A DNA stretch of 63,303 nucleotides, the filler included, from Bigelowiella natans CCMP2755 (Eukaryota > Protista > Cercozoa), in assembly GCA_000320545.1 (NCBI GenBank). It is 3 parts of 3 records of this genome, joined end to end, with 100 filler letters (N's around TTAATTAATTAA, not from the genome) between each part and the next. Parts side by side here need not be neighbours in the genome. Positions count along the whole stretch, not along the records: positions 1 to 28,245 come from ADNK01001983.1; 2 more parts are not named here. The stretch is one strand, 5' to 3'. Position 1 is the stretch's first letter. Every line of letters starts with the position of its first letter. Of this stretch, positions 1 to 14,119 are shown piece by piece. The notes below the pieces were generated by a model, which saw nothing but the letters and a program-made list of their open reading frames with translations, had not been told where the DNA came from and made no database searches. The translations under genes were made by a program, and so were the position numbers.

Positions 1-183
1 CTTTTCTTTTTTTTTTTTTCATATGGGCGGGTGTGGGGGGGGGGCGTCTGGGTTTTTTTTTTTTTTTAATGTGGGGGCCGAGGGGGGGGGGGGGAAAGGC
101 GCCCCCCCCCCCTGGATATCCACACACACACATACACACACACACACACAACACACACACACACACACACAATGATGACCAAC

Positions 184-372
184 CGTGTATCGATGCCTGC
201 ATTTGTCCAAAGGGATCTTTTACTATCACAAACGCGCCGGTCGAACATTCTACGAACTGTGGTAGTAGTAGTAGCGTGCAGATCACGAATGAATTATATT
301 AGAAGACAGAACGACAACGCACACACCACTGATTATTACCACACAACCACCACTACTCTACTAGTGTTACTA

Positions 373-403
<31 letters not shown>

Positions 404-2175
404 CTGTTTAATTATGACAATTAGATATGGTATTCGCTGGTCAAACCCTCGATTCGTTGCAAATTCTGTGTTGAACTTGAAAAAATCCCCTGAAGCTGTT
501 CTCGCAAAGAGGAAACAATACGTGAATAATGTCTATCAGCCATTTATGACCCCTCTGGCTCAAGAACAACACAAAGACGTCAGAACTTCTCTTCAGCTGA
601 GTATCTTACTTTTTCTCAAAAGCTTGAAAAATTGGCACCATTTTGTATCTACAATGATCTCAACAAAAAAATAACAAGAATACGTTTGTAGGGCCGGCTG
701 TTCTTCTTCGGGAGATCAAGATTGAGGCAAATGCAGGCAGCCTTCCAAGCTGGGGCTTCAAAATCAACATCATAACCTCCATTCTCGGCCTCGAGGCTAC
801 TTCCTAAAAGCCGAACATGTTTACGTGTATATATGAGAAGAAAGAGGCAGAGCGAGAAAGAGAGGTAGAGAGATGGAGATATAGAGGGTGCGGGAAAAAA
901 TACGTCATCTCAGATGCAGATGCATCATACACTTCCATATATAAATGCAACTCATATGTCGCTAGAAATCTAAAAAAGCGGCCGACCTGAATTCCACTTA
1001 ATGCTGGATGTTTTTCCTAATTTGCCGAAACATAGGTATTGATACCATGATTATTTAAAGTTTTAGATACATAAGCATGTTCTTGCAAAGTGTATCGTGT
1101 CAAGACATGACGTATACCCACACCCAATCATTCATAAATGCTTATAGAAAAAAAAATTAATATTTGCGTATGTGTGCGTTTGTCTATCTTTGTATACATA
1201 TTCGCACATTTATGTATACACGTCAACATACACGTGTATACATTTAATAGCATACATATGGTGTGTAATTCGAATGATATTTCTCTTAATAATTACTATC
1301 TTTTTTCGCTCCCACGCCCTTCCGAGATCTGAGCTTCCCAGCTGGACCAGGTATCCTAAATGGAATATTTTTAGAAAGAACGATGATACTATGATGATAA
1401 CGATGTCATGGTCGCAACAATATCAAAAATAAAAACCATAATCAAACACCAGCAAGAAATGATATTATTAATTTGAAGATGGAATAATAATACAATACCT
1501 GCGCCGCCCTTCTCTGGTATCTATTGAGCGTCCTACTCTGGTATCTATTGAGTCTCCATGAGGCATTCGTACAGCTAATCGAGCCTTAGTTGATGGTGGA
1601 GAAGAAATTATTGATTGCTTTGGCCGTAACTTTCTTTCTGAAGTAGAAGAGGAGTTGTTCCTTGGTCTGGGAGCTACTTTGTTCTTTGATTTAACGATGG
1701 AGCCATTGCTATTATGCTCCGAATTACGTGTGGGACCAGGGGAACTGAGTGATATATCAGATAAGCTGTCTTCAATAATTTACCAGATCTGCCGAATTCC
1801 ACCGTACCTGTTCTCATTGAAGATGCTCAGTATACTATCCTCTTCAGCATCGGCGCACAGAAGAGAAGATGTTGAGGATGGCAAGGTATTGTGATATTCT
1901 TGGGCACTAGAAGAAATTATCTTACTCTCCACCGAGGTTGGACTTTTCTCTGGCAAATACAAGTTCAATGTATCAATATTTATGTTTTTTTCAATTTAAG
2001 CATGCCCGCCTCTAAATCAACAATAGACTGGCTTAGTTCAGATTCTATTGCATAGTATTGATTCATGTTGTTAAGTATTGCACAGACTGGGTGCGCAAGT
2101 AAAGTCAAGCTCGTCCTCTTCCCCGAATTCGTGCTCGAGGAGTGACACATCGTCCAAATCATCCAATGCATCCAT
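184..2175 (-). CDS. HROB: HROB/MCM8IP (C17orf53, DUF4539 OB-fold) homolog; multi-exon, 3' end runs off the window start
   Basis: Stitched minus-strand exons give an acidic N-terminus (MDALDDLDDVSLLEHEFGEEDELDF), the RIPGPAG motif (~1350-1335), DFEAPAWKAAC, RIPYLIVIIKQ (exon ending 404) and FVIVKDPFGQMQASIH (exon 256-184). These match the HROB family (F/I)PGPAG and KDPTG...(T/S)(V/I)H motifs in the expected order. The start codon is inferred. Confidence 0.75.
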
Positions 2176-2709
2176 AGAGGAGGAAGGCCTGTTCTCGAAA
2201 TTTTACGGTACGACACGATAAATCTGATGTCGTAGTATATAAAGGGAGACTTTTGAACCTTAACTATTACACAAGATTTTCCTGAAAACGAAGCCTTTCC
2301 CGCCACAATAAATAAAATGGACACGAACGACTTGTCAACTATTTTCCGAAGTAAAATACACACCATCTTTGTACGTATGAAAAGCATCTTTCTTTCCAAG
2401 CGGAAAACATCTAACGTGATTTGACTTTCAAAAAGAATTTTAGTATGCAATAAAATAAAACGTGTCTACACAAAAAGACATCAGAGAATATCAGGCTTTG
2501 GTAAAAATCCCCTTCTTCATCCCTAATTCTGGTAGCCACGGGACGGTAATCTTATTATATAATCACTGAATACTAAGTGCGACGCAAAATCATGGTATAT
2601 TTTGTAAATACGACAATGAAAAGAAGCGGTATTTATACTATCTGCAAGGTGTTTATCCATTCCTAGGTCATCGGATATCGAGTTGTTATCGCTGACTTCA
2701 ATTTTCAAG

Positions 2710-3703
2710 ATGGCGAAAAAGGCTCAGAAGGGCCGGAGGGGGCTGCCCTCCACTAAGACAAGACCTAGAAAGGGCAAGAAGGGCGAGAGAGCAGCCAGCA
2801 ATGCTAATCAAGATATTGATGATGTTCTCGCTCTCAATTAGAATAATAGAAGTCACATATGTTCCGTCACCCCGGTTCATTCATTTCATCCGCGACGCGT
2901 TTTCCCTGTGATGTATTAGGGGCGTTATTCTATCCGTGACTGTGAATAATACTTGCTAACTTTTAAATCTGCGATTGATTCATACATATAGGATTCCCGT
3001 GTTGGTATCGATGGGGAAGATCTTTACGCTAATGTGCGATGATAGCTACTGTTTAGTATCCTTCTTCAGGGGAAAGGAGAGTGGCTTGGGTGGTTGTTTT
3101 GACAGTCACAATATCCTTCAATACAATTTCACATGATAGTAGTAGAAATTTTATGGGGTATTAAGGGTGAATATAAATAGGTTCCCATTTGTGCATTTCC
3201 ATTCAGTGTTGGTAGAAGTGCAATTTTGGCCATGTGTAGTTCTATAAATTAGTTGTAGAAGTAGCTGTTCTTACCAATAATTGAGAAACTAGAGAAAGGG
3301 TACAGCGTGTCTGAAAACGGTGGTCCTGAAGGCACGTTTCTTCCTTTTCAGGCCTTTGGTGGGGACTACATAGATGGCGATCCCTTTTTCGCGTGGCATT
3401 CGAAGTTGCTATCATCTATTCGCAAAAACTTTGCCTACTGGATTATTTTAGGTAAAAGATAATCTGGCCAATTCCATTTGAAGTTATTAAGTAAAAAGTG
3501 TTCTAATTCTCTAACACCATGTTATAATTAGGGCTAACGATATCAGCTTCGATGGCATATATTATCTACATGCTGGTACCCTCTTCGTCTGTCCTACTAG
3601 AAGAATCTGTTATCCTTGATGTTAAATTTAATTTCTATCTTTTTGTTATTCGTAGCTTGTTTCCACAGGAGTCGCGAGAGGCGCATCTTCTGTAAAATAT
3701 TAA
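2710..3703 (+). CDS. Small hypothetical protein with a basic N-terminus and a C-terminal transmembrane helix
   Basis: ATG at 2710 gives MAKKAQKGRRGLPSTKTRPRKGKK. The last three GT-AG exons join in phase as AFGGDYIDGDPFFAWHSKLLSSIRKNFAYWIILGLTISASMAYIIYMLLVSTGVARGASSVKY*. Middle exons are unresolved and no family is recognised. Confidence 0.45.
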
Positions 3704-3975
3704 CACTTTTAACCACTCATCAATGAAACACTCCCCCGACTGAAAGAAATTTTGTATTTTTTATCGATGATTTGATGAATATGTGTTGGTGTCTCCACCC
3801 CCCCCTTGGCAAACATAAGTCACGAGAGATGTGCATTATATTATGCCATGAAAGTGATAGATGGTGATTACACATTTAGATATTTACGTTCAAGTCGGAT
3901 GCGATAATGTTCTATCACCCAAGCCACAACTCCTACGTCGCGTGTATCGAACGGGACGTTGACACGCCAGTTGTG

Positions 3976-4813
3976 ATGGCCACAGCAAGGAAAAATAGGA
4001 CTTATAGCAAGCATTCCTCCACAAGTGACCATAAACTATCGGAGGGGAGACGAAGCGGAAAGTACGGCAAAACCAAAAATGGTCGTGGAGGAGGAACTAC
4101 AAAGACGTCTTCATCAGCACCCAGAAGGCGGTATGCAGCTAGATGATGGATCATTGTTTTCGAACATCTTTGTCTGCATTAAATGTGTTAGAAGAAAGAA
4201 GTACGTTGGGATTTCTACCCAACACCCGCCATCGACACCACAACCATCACAACTACCACTAAAGTGGATCAATGCTTATACTGTTATATAAAATACAAAC
4301 TTTTCACTGTACCTAGTTTTTACTTGAATTTGCAATGAGGAAACGCTGTTGTGTTGGTTTAACGACAATATAGGTACCGAGTAAAGGAACCGTTGGACGT
4401 GTTTCAACAACCATCAGTCGATTCAGACCTCATAGCGCTAGCAGAGCCTGGGGATACAATTACAATTCTAGATAAAAAGAAGGATTGGATACGGTATTGA
4501 ATTATGTACTACTGCTACAACTACTACTACTACTACTGCTGCTGCTGCTTCTGCTACCTTTTGAGGAGGATTGGTCAGCAGAGGAGGAGGGATATTCTAG
4601 AGCAATATAAGATGTGCGTTTTCACATACACCGGAATGCACATCACACCATTGTCATCGACAACTGTCATCATCTTCGTCATCATGTTCTCACTTCTTCT
4701 TCCTCCTCAACATAAAAGGCATTTTCGTGGGCTTGCAGTCGAAGGATGGTCTAAGTTAGAAAGGTGCTGCTGTAGACAAATGGCTGATACTACCACCACA
4801 CAAATATGTGTGT

Positions 4814-4855
<42 letters not shown>

Positions 4856-4859
4856 TGTT

Positions 4860-4908
<49 letters not shown>

Positions 4909-5388
4909 AGCGAGCAAATCATTTTCAACTATGTGATGTCGTCCGTCACAATGTAATCGATTTGATGCTTACTTGTCTTCTTCCTTCTCCATTCTTCTTT
5001 CTCACTGCTTAGACCCTCGCGAGACATAACTAAGTCGAACACTAACGGCACGGGATCTAATAAAGGAGGTGGAGGAGGACCTGGGAAAGTAGAAGGCAAA
5101 AGTAGCAACTCCAAGAAATCGACGGCGAACAATGGAACTATTAGTAGCAGCAGCAGTAGTAGCTCCTCTACTGCAAGTGCTGGTCGTAGCGGATCCTCCT
5201 CCTCCTCCTCCTCCTCCTCCTCCTCCACCTCCACCTCCTCCTTCTCTCAGATTGAAACGAATACGGGACACGGAGAACTTGCTCGTGTTCGATTGTTTTT
5301 GCGCAGCGGGAAGTGGAAAGGGAAGCTCGGGCCTTGTCTCTCCATATGAGATGGCATTAACGAAAGAAGAAGTAAGAGGGAGGGGGGG

Positions 5389-5430
<42 letters not shown>

Positions 5431-5779
5431 TGATGATGATCATCATCACCACCACCACCATCATCATCATCATCACCATTATCCATGATCTGGTCTTTAG
5501 ATTCCTGACGAGGAAATTTGGAGGATTCCCTTGTTCGCCAAGACCGCGTTGTATGATCGTGCAAGGCTTATGGGGTTACCAACATTCACACTACTGCTAC
5601 TATTACTACTGCTCCTACTGCTTCTATTATTAACAGTGTCTAATTATCACTTGGTTTTGATAAAATTCACCACCAAGAATTATATCAAAATGCATGCTTA
5701 CCAAACAATTCGTCGTCGTTGTCGTCGTTGCTAATAGAAAGCTGTCTCTTCTTCTTCTTCCTCTTCTTCTTCTTCTTCT

Positions 5780-5811
<32 letters not shown>

Positions 5812-6171
5812 TTTGTTCTCTAGACCTGGCCATGGTTGCATTTGGTGCTCAGACGCACTTTTACTCGGGATGTCGCCAATGATTTGGACGTATGCATATA
5901 ACATTCTGAACAGTAGTAGTAGTAGTAGTAGTTGTAATGCCAAGCATGACGAGTAACCCTACCTCCCCTCCCTCTTTGCAGGTTCGTCAACTTGCCTTTA
6001 GGGTTGTTCATCTCACTTGGAACGCTGCTTACTGACTTGGTGGCCTTCGAGGTGGTGGTGGGAGAGATGTGGAGCCTGGTGATTCTATGCACCGGATTCA
6101 TGTGGTTTTGCTTGTGTTTGCTGGCAACGTATGCGCTAGAACTACGGTACCAATCCATTCGAACACACTAT

Positions 6172-6203
<32 letters not shown>

Positions 6204-7958
6204 AGTGGAGAGGACAAACTAACGAATCTTTATGGAACGTGTTAGACTGCACACATACACACACAACACAACACACGTGCAACAACATGACATACACGAA
6301 CGACACCAGCTCTTCTTCTGTCTCTCACTCCCCTCCTCCTTGTTTTCTCTGATCTGTTTCTATCCCCCCTCCCCTGTGATGATAACGAATCGGAGTAGAT
6401 CCAACAACTACGAGCTCGTGGCAGATGCACATGCGCGTTGGTGGTTGCAGCTGCAGTTCTTAACACGACCCTTTTTGGACTTACTGATGCTTTGTGTTGG
6501 CGTCTTCCTTGTACGTAGTCATCCAAAGGAAGAATGAAATAATAAAATATAAATAGATATGATAATTGAGGGAGGGTGGGAAGACAAAGGAGGTAGCAAT
6601 GGAGTGGCGTCGTCTGTTTTTCGATGTGACATCTATGATCTTTTCATTCTTTGTACTTTACCTCTGTGTATGGTATGGCATAATGACGAAAGTATTCTCA
6701 TCTTCATCATCCCATCCCAAAATTTACGATGATGATAATTTTGATGTTGGTTGACAACTTACCAATAATCTGATTCATTTGTTATCATCAATCAACAGGT
6801 TGGACCTTGTCTGGCAATTCCAATCTACATCTTCCTCCTTATTCGCTTTTACTCTTTACCAATTCACCATCAGCAGCACGATCAATATCATGACCACCGT
6901 TTAGGAAAGAAGGAGGGCGTTGTGGGAGGGAGGAATATTATTGGGGGTGGTGGTGGTAATGCTACTTCTGGTACCGTGTTGTCTCACAGTAGTAGTCCGG
7001 ATAATGGCAATGGTGCTTCTACTTCTCTTGCAGTAGGAGGAGGAGGAGGTGGGGGCAAAAGTCACAACAATAGCGCCCATGGTGCTGGCGGAGGAGGAAT
7101 TGCTTCATCTTCCTTTTCATCATCATCATCCTCCTCAAGGAGTAACGGCCACTACAGAGGGAGAGGAGGAGGCGACGGGGGCAATAATATCAACGATGAT
7201 GTGATGATGCACCGCGACGACACGCAGGTTATCTACACGTGTAGTTTGCTAAGGGATCGTTTCCTTAACGATCACTTAGTGATGACGGCGCTTTTCATCA
7301 CCATCTGCCTTACTTCCCACACTTTCCGTGTGTGGCACATATTCCCCGATGTTCGCTGGATCGTGGTATGTATAATATTTCACACAAATATTTTAATCAC
7401 ACTCCATCTCGAGTGTATCTGACACAACTTCTGAGCACCTCCTCCTCATTCGTCATCTTCCTCCTCTTTTTCCAATTTTTCTTTTCTAGTCAAGATTATT
7501 GAACTAAAGCAGTAACACGTCTGTCTGACTGTCTAACACGTCTGTCTGACTGTCTGTCTATCTGTCTGTTTTTACTGATGATGATGATAATGATAATGAT
7601 GATGATGATGATGATGATGATGATACAGTGTTTTTATCAATTTTGTTACAGTTACGTAACACAACAGATATATGACGCATTTTTTGATTTATTTAAATTT
7701 GTTCTCTACTCTATCACGATTTAATTGATGATATAAGTGTTTCTTCTATATTTCTGCTACTACTACTGCTACTACTACTAATCGTGTGTGTGAATTCTTG
7801 TTATTAAGGTGCCACAACTTTACCAGCTCTATTGTATTCTCAAACGTGGAACTCCCGATGGGTAGTAGCAGTAGTAGTAAAAGCTGGCAGTTGTGTGATG
7901 ATAATGATGATGATAGTGGTGGTAGAGGTGATTCATCATGATAGCGAGGAGAATATCC

Positions 7959-8000
<42 letters not shown>

Positions 8001-10271
8001 CATATACACACACTTAATTACCTACGTATGCACTCTTCCTCCTCCTCCTCCTCCTCCTTCTCATGTCTCCATTGCACTAGTGCTTAGCGCTTAATGCTAG
8101 TACTTCTCCTCGTCCATTTTTCGCTCTCCTCCTATCACCTTTTTACGCGTTGTTCCTCTTCTCCTCATATCTATCTAGATACGTCGCGATTTGCTTCATG
8201 TGGCAGTGTGTGGGTGTGGCATTTGCCCTTCGCACAGGAGGATTGGTCGCTTATGTTACGTACGTCGTTTTCTGCAAAGACTTTGATCACCCGAAAGCCC
8301 GCATGCCTTGGCGTGAGCATACAATCAAACAGATCATTGCACTAGGGGTATTATTAATATTATCATCCTTTACATCATGTGTGTACCCACCACTTCATCA
8401 TATAGAAGTTGAGAACAGGAAGAGTGCGGAAGGGGGGGGGAGGAGAGGATCCTTTTTTAAGAAGTGTTTTTATGATTTTTGCATAAGTGAAGGTCGATAG
8501 AAAGAAGAAGACTCAATGTACATATCTAACAATTGCGTTTCCTTTTCTCTTCTCCCCTTCTCCCCTCTTGCTATTGCTACTCCTCCATCATCTCCTTTGT
8601 TGCAATCATGATGGCCAAACAACAGTGCTTCTCGTTGGCATGCGGTTCTGTGGGCGTTGTTCCTGCTTTGCTTATGTTTCTGACAACTCTAGCTAAGAAC
8701 CCCAAAGCGTACCTTAGCGCCAATAGAGATGAAATTCTAGCAGCAAGGAGAGCCAGGAAAGGTGCCAAACGATATAAACGAAGAAAAACAGAAAAGATGA
8801 TACGGGGAGGAAAAATAAGCAGTCGTGTATGTTTGCATGTCCGTTGCATATTGAGAGATATGTGTGGGAATGTATGTAAAATTTGTATTTTATTTTATTA
8901 TGGACCACTACTTTCTTCGTTTTCTTATTCTACTTCCTCTCTTCTTACTACCATGGCTGCTGGTGCTGCTGCTGGTGCTGCAACAACAGGGCGCAAGTCT
9001 AAGAATGGAAAAGGACCGGATTATTGTCGCGTGATAGCCGATTTCGTTGTAAAACTGGTGCTAGTGGTGATGGCTCGTGCACTTGTGAGCGAGTTTGGAT
9101 GTTCCCGTTGGTTGGATTTTAACCTGTCCAAGTTTCTCAACTACGCTATCGATGTGGAAATCGACAATCGTGCTCACATATCTCTTCTTACTATACTGGG
9201 AGGAGGTAGTAAGTACACATAGCTACAATAATCAACAACAATAAAATCCAACGCACATTTTTTAAGCTTGTAGTATATCTATCATCCATAGTATGACATG
9301 ATGGCCGCCATCTCTGCCTACAATACACACACAGCACACACACCCCACACATGGCACACATATATGATACATAATAGTCGTTATCATCATCCTTCTTCCT
9401 AGGCGTGGCAACATCAATAGCACGTCGTAATTGGATACCAAATCTATGCTGGTAACAATGATAATGATAAACAATAATAGGAATACTAATAGTCAGAAGA
9501 GGAGGGGGCATCTTGTCACCGCATCTTTCCTTTATCATTCTCTTAATGATCAATCGTCACCACTATTACCACCAAAGGCATCGTTATCATCATCATCATT
9601 ATCATCATCATCAGCAGCAGCAGCGACATCGTGATCATCACCACCACCATCACAATCTTTACTAGTACCTTTTATTATACACTCACATTATGACTATTGA
9701 ACATGATTATCATTATTATTATCAGGTATGCTGCTGGAGGTCGTACAGTGCTCGAGAAGATCACTTTGCACAGCAAGACTAGCTATTTTGCCACTCAACC
9801 TACTACTCGCCATAACAACAACAACAACAACAACAACAACACTGTTAGAAAATCATCGTCATCGTCGTCATCATCTCGAAAAAAGAGGAATAACCATCCT
9901 TTGTCACCATCATCACCGAATAATCTAGTGGAGGATGCTGTTGTCTCATCATCATCATCATCATCGAGCAAAAAAAAGAACAACAAAAAGAAAAAGAAGA
10001 TGACGACAGCAGCTTCTTCATCTTCGGCATTATTATCTTCATCAAATGTAGCAGGTGGTGGTGGTGAGTACTGCGGCATCGTTGACAGTTCTTCCTCCTC
10101 TGCAAATGCTGAACGGAGAAACACTAGTACTAGTAAGAATAAGGGGAATACATCGTTATCATCATCATCATCATCATCTATGAGGACCAAGTTTGTCGAG
10201 CAGGTGGTGCTAGTAGGAGTTGTAAATATAAGTAGCAGTAGCAGTAGCAACCACCTCATAGTAGGAGTAGT

Positions 10272-10307
<36 letters not shown>

Positions 10308-10643
10308 CAACCACCCCATAGTCAGTAGTAACAACAATAGCAATGAGGTTAGGAGTTGTAGAAAGAGGAGGAGTTATATGTGGAAAAAGAGAGGAGGAGG
10401 AGGAATAGTCTTCCAGTGTCTTATGATGTTTTTTTTCCTCCTCCTCCTCCTCCTCCTCCTCCTCCTCCTCCTCCATTCTACTACTTTTGATCTGAAAGAA
10501 GTGATGATGATGATGATGATGATGATGATGTTTATGAAACAAATAATAAAAATCAGGTGGAAAATATCGTAAACGATCCCACGCTACGTATATTCTGCCT
10601 TAGTGTCTTGTACGCACTATCGCTAATGTAAGACGACGATGAC

Positions 10644-10676
<33 letters not shown>

Positions 10677-12778
10677 AGAAAGATCAACACACTCACATAT
10701 CAGTCAGTGTGTAGATGTGTATATCGTTATTATTATATGTATTCATAAGTACTATTTTGTGTACCCAATGTTTGTGATGGACTAACACGGCCCTGGTTAC
10801 GTAACTAAATTCTCTCGATGTCGTTATTTTGTTGGTTTGATTCTTTCTCTTCTTCCATCATTTCTACCACCACCAGGTATAGCCTACCTCTTATGGTCGT
10901 TATCCCTTTAACAATGCCGCAACCTTGGGAAAGGTGATGCTGTTACTCTTAATAAGAAGAAGTAGGAGGAGGAGGAGGAGGATGGTGTTGATTGATGTTG
11001 TTGTACCTCCTCCTCCTCCTGCCGTCATACACCACACCACACTACCCCACTTACTACCATAGGTTGCTGGGAAACAGTTTTTGGACATTGGTGGTGTTCA
11101 TGGCATGCTTACTTTCGCATGCTCCGAACGGTGTGCTGTCGACTTTTGACCTCCTAATCCTCACTTTTGGGCTCATTAGCTGGGGACTCAAAGGTAGAAC
11201 TAAGTAAAATATGTATACTTCACATGTATGCTTTAGCCATTCGTGATTAGATAACTATCGATGATTCTGTCACTCTAAGTAATATCATGTCTTCAACCTT
11301 GCTTCTCAGAATATTTATTTTGATGTCGTCATTTATGGTTGTTGCCCTACTACTACAATTGCTGCTGTTGCTTACTGCTGCTACTATCGTTACTGTTCTG
11401 GTAGAATATTACACAGAGATCGACATTGAAGATGAGGAGTTTTTCTCAGGTAATGATATAATAATATAGGTCAAGAGACGGATAATACCAAAAGCACCAT
11501 CATAAACATAGATGCCATCATCATCATCATCATCATCATTCTCTCTTAGGAGCTGATCAGAAGAGTCGTCGACGTGGCCCTAACTATAACAAGTTGAACG
11601 TAGCACATAAGCTCAAGATCGGCTTAGAAGATAGGGCGATGCTCGGCGACGTCAAGGCACAATTCCAAATGGCGAACCTGTATGCAAGGGAGGGGGACAT
11701 TCAGAAATCTGTAGATTGGTAAGAAAAAGAACAACAAGAACTTAGAGAAACATTGTAAAGAGAACCACCAGTAGTTTTGTGAGGATCGGTTACTACTTTC
11801 AAGAATGATGATCCATCCCCTGTTGTCTGTCATTTGGTGTGATGATGATGATGATGATGACATAATGCGTTGTTGGTTACTTATACTTACACAGGTATAG
11901 GCAAGCTGCAAATCATGGCAGCAAGGAAGCCCAACTCTACATCGCTAATTGCTACACAGAAGGCAAAGTCCTCTCGCAGGGTAGTAATAATAATAGAAAA
12001 GTGCTGCAATGCTACTACACACTCAACGAATAAAGTAGTTGTTTGTTAATAGCGACTACTACTGACTATCTCTCCATCCTCTTAGCACTGCGATTTTACA
12101 ATCTCTTCCTCCTCCTCCTCCTCCTCCCCCCTCCCCCTTTTCCTTTTCTAGACGAAAAGATGGCTTTATGGTGGTACGAGCGCGCGGCAGATCAAGGGGT
12201 TTTAGAGGCTAAACAAAAGATGCAGATGATATTGGATGAACAACAGCACCACACCGATTATGACAACTACGGTCATGGCGACGGCACCAGCAACAATTAT
12301 GATAGTAAAGTAGTAACAGCCCTTGAAGACGAATCGTTAGGTTCAATAACGGTTCCTGGTGATTCCTCTGCTGCTGCAGTTAAAGATCGTGGGAGTACTA
12401 GCAAGAGAACAACCGAAAGAAATAAGCTTAACCAGTCTGATGATAATGATAATAATGCCCAATCTTCGTTAGTAGTAGAAACAGAAATGGTATCATCAAC
12501 TAACTTGAAGAATAGTAGCAGTAGTAGTCCTATGAGAATGATGGGAAATGAGAAAAATAACAATCATAATCATAATAATGATAACGGGGGCAGAAGCGGC
12601 AAATGCAGTGTTTCATCACAGAAAATACAGAATAGAGGAGGAGGAGGAGGAGGAGAGGAGGATAAAAATGAGCAGGTTGGAGGGATAGTGACAGTGCCAG
12701 AGCAGGGGGAAGGAAAACGTCATGATCACAATCTTTCAAGAGAGGACGTGGACGGCGGCTCCAGAGACAAAAATGATG

Positions 12779-12809
<31 letters not shown>

Positions 12810-13055
12810 TAATAATAGTGGAAGAAGAAGGAACAGAAGCAGCAAAAAATCGGCAGTTGTTCCTCCTCCCCATCCGAACTCAATGATACATCGTGGAATC
12901 TTCACCATTGAGATTGGCACTACATTCTGGGGATTTATTAGTCACAGCAAGCTATGGCGCATGCCTGTTAAAGTCGAAGGAAAGGTGTGTTGTTGTCGTT
13001 GTTGTTGTTGATGATGATGATGATGATGATATCTAGAAACATCGAGTAGTTGGGA

Positions 13056-13099
<44 letters not shown>

Positions 13100-13262
13100 A
13101 GGGGGGGGGGGCATCATCATCATCATCTTCTTCTTCTGTGCTTTATCAGTATCACACATTTTCGACTTGATTTATCAGATATCAGGGGGAATTTACCCAA
13201 ATTTTGTGGGCGAATGGACCGCTGTGGGAAAAGTAACTTGCGAGGTACAATTGTAGCAAATA

Positions 13263-13298
<36 letters not shown>

Positions 13299-13808
13299 CT
13301 GCTGATAAGTTGGGGGACATTCATCAACATAATAAATTTATTTCTTAACGTCCTTCTTTGCCTTTGGCAGTGCTGACAGCATGCTTTGTTCTGATTGTAT
13401 TTATTATTATGCAGTCACAGGCAATATTCATCAACATAAAAGCTTACGGTGTGGTGATCCTAGGAGACAGAACCACTCAGGCACACCTCATCTTTGTTAC
13501 AGGTTGGTGGTGAGAAGGAGGATGCGAGGAGGAGGATGCGTGTGTGTGTATGTTTGTGTATGTGTATGTGTGTGTGTGTGAGACCTTTTCCTGGGAAATA
13601 TTGAATTTAGATTGAATGCAACGGTGTTTGTCGTACAACATGGAAAAATGATTTTCAAGGATGTTTCTATATTACTATAATTGTGTTCTTCTCTCATGTT
13701 TTTTTTTTACTATTTTTAGATAGTAGAATGGAGGGTGAGGTGTTTCAAGAGGGCGTGCCAGGGGGTTCTGCAGTACTGGAAATTCAATTTCCAGCAAACG
13801 ATCAGTAA
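3976..13808 (+). CDS. Large multi-exon protein: N-terminal SH3b-like domain, many transmembrane segments, Sel1-like repeats, low-complexity inserts
   Basis: In-phase exons give YRVKEPLDVFQQPSVDSDLIALAEPGDTITILDKKKDWIRHFRGLAVEGWSKLE (SH3-like). Hydrophobic exons lie across ~5980-11200. Sel1-type GDVKAQFQMANLY, WYRQAANHGSKEAQLYIANCYTEG and ALWWYERAADQGVLEA lie at 11640-12220. Last exon ends EIQFPANDQ*. It could be two genes. Confidence 0.6.
4500..13600. repeat. Dense microsatellite zone: (CT/GA)n, (CA/GT)n, (TAG/CTA)n, (GAT/CAT)n, (CCT)n; similar zones at ~19400-20270, 23000-35530 and 50400-63303
   Basis: Directly visible; most introns in these zones carry one or more simple repeats. Confidence 0.95.
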
Positions 13809-14119
13809 CTAGTTGAAGTATGCTGTAGCATCAACACTGGAGAACTACGTAAGATATGAGAAAGTAAAATATGGGAATAATGGTAAGAGCATTAGGTGCT
13901 TTTGGTTAGTACAAAGACATCGTACCACAAGAGCAGTGAAGGATGAAATAGAGCAGAACTTTTGAATCTTGGGTCTTCTAAGTAATCAAAACTTTCAGCA
14001 ATATTTTTGGCATAACAATTTAGATATGCCGGTTCTCATACATGTGCTTACTAATCGGTGATTTTTGTAAATGCGTGTAAATGTAAAAATGTAATCAATC
14101 TAGGAGATTGTCTTAAATT

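Noticed and set aside
1-112. Poly-G/C/T tracts at both window ends (also 63095-63303) as G-quadruplex or telomere-like elements
   Set aside because: Homopolymer-degenerate sequence at contig ends is typical of low-quality reads.
1780-1800. In-frame TAA in the HROB reading frame suggesting stop-codon reassignment
   Set aside because: A 42-nt GT-AG intron can remove it in frame, and other genes here end in TAA or TGA normally.
4819-4907. Similar ~30-40 bp length of most dinucleotide repeats, and ORFs made of them (RERE, CVCV, YIYI)
   Set aside because: Uniform length may reflect short-read assembly collapse; the ORFs are translations of intronic microsatellites.
7513-7560. Short direct repeats (21 bp here; 24-bp period at ~1513-1551) as CRISPR-like arrays
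   Set aside because: Only two adjacent copies, no spacer series and no cas genes; simple tandem duplications in a eukaryote.
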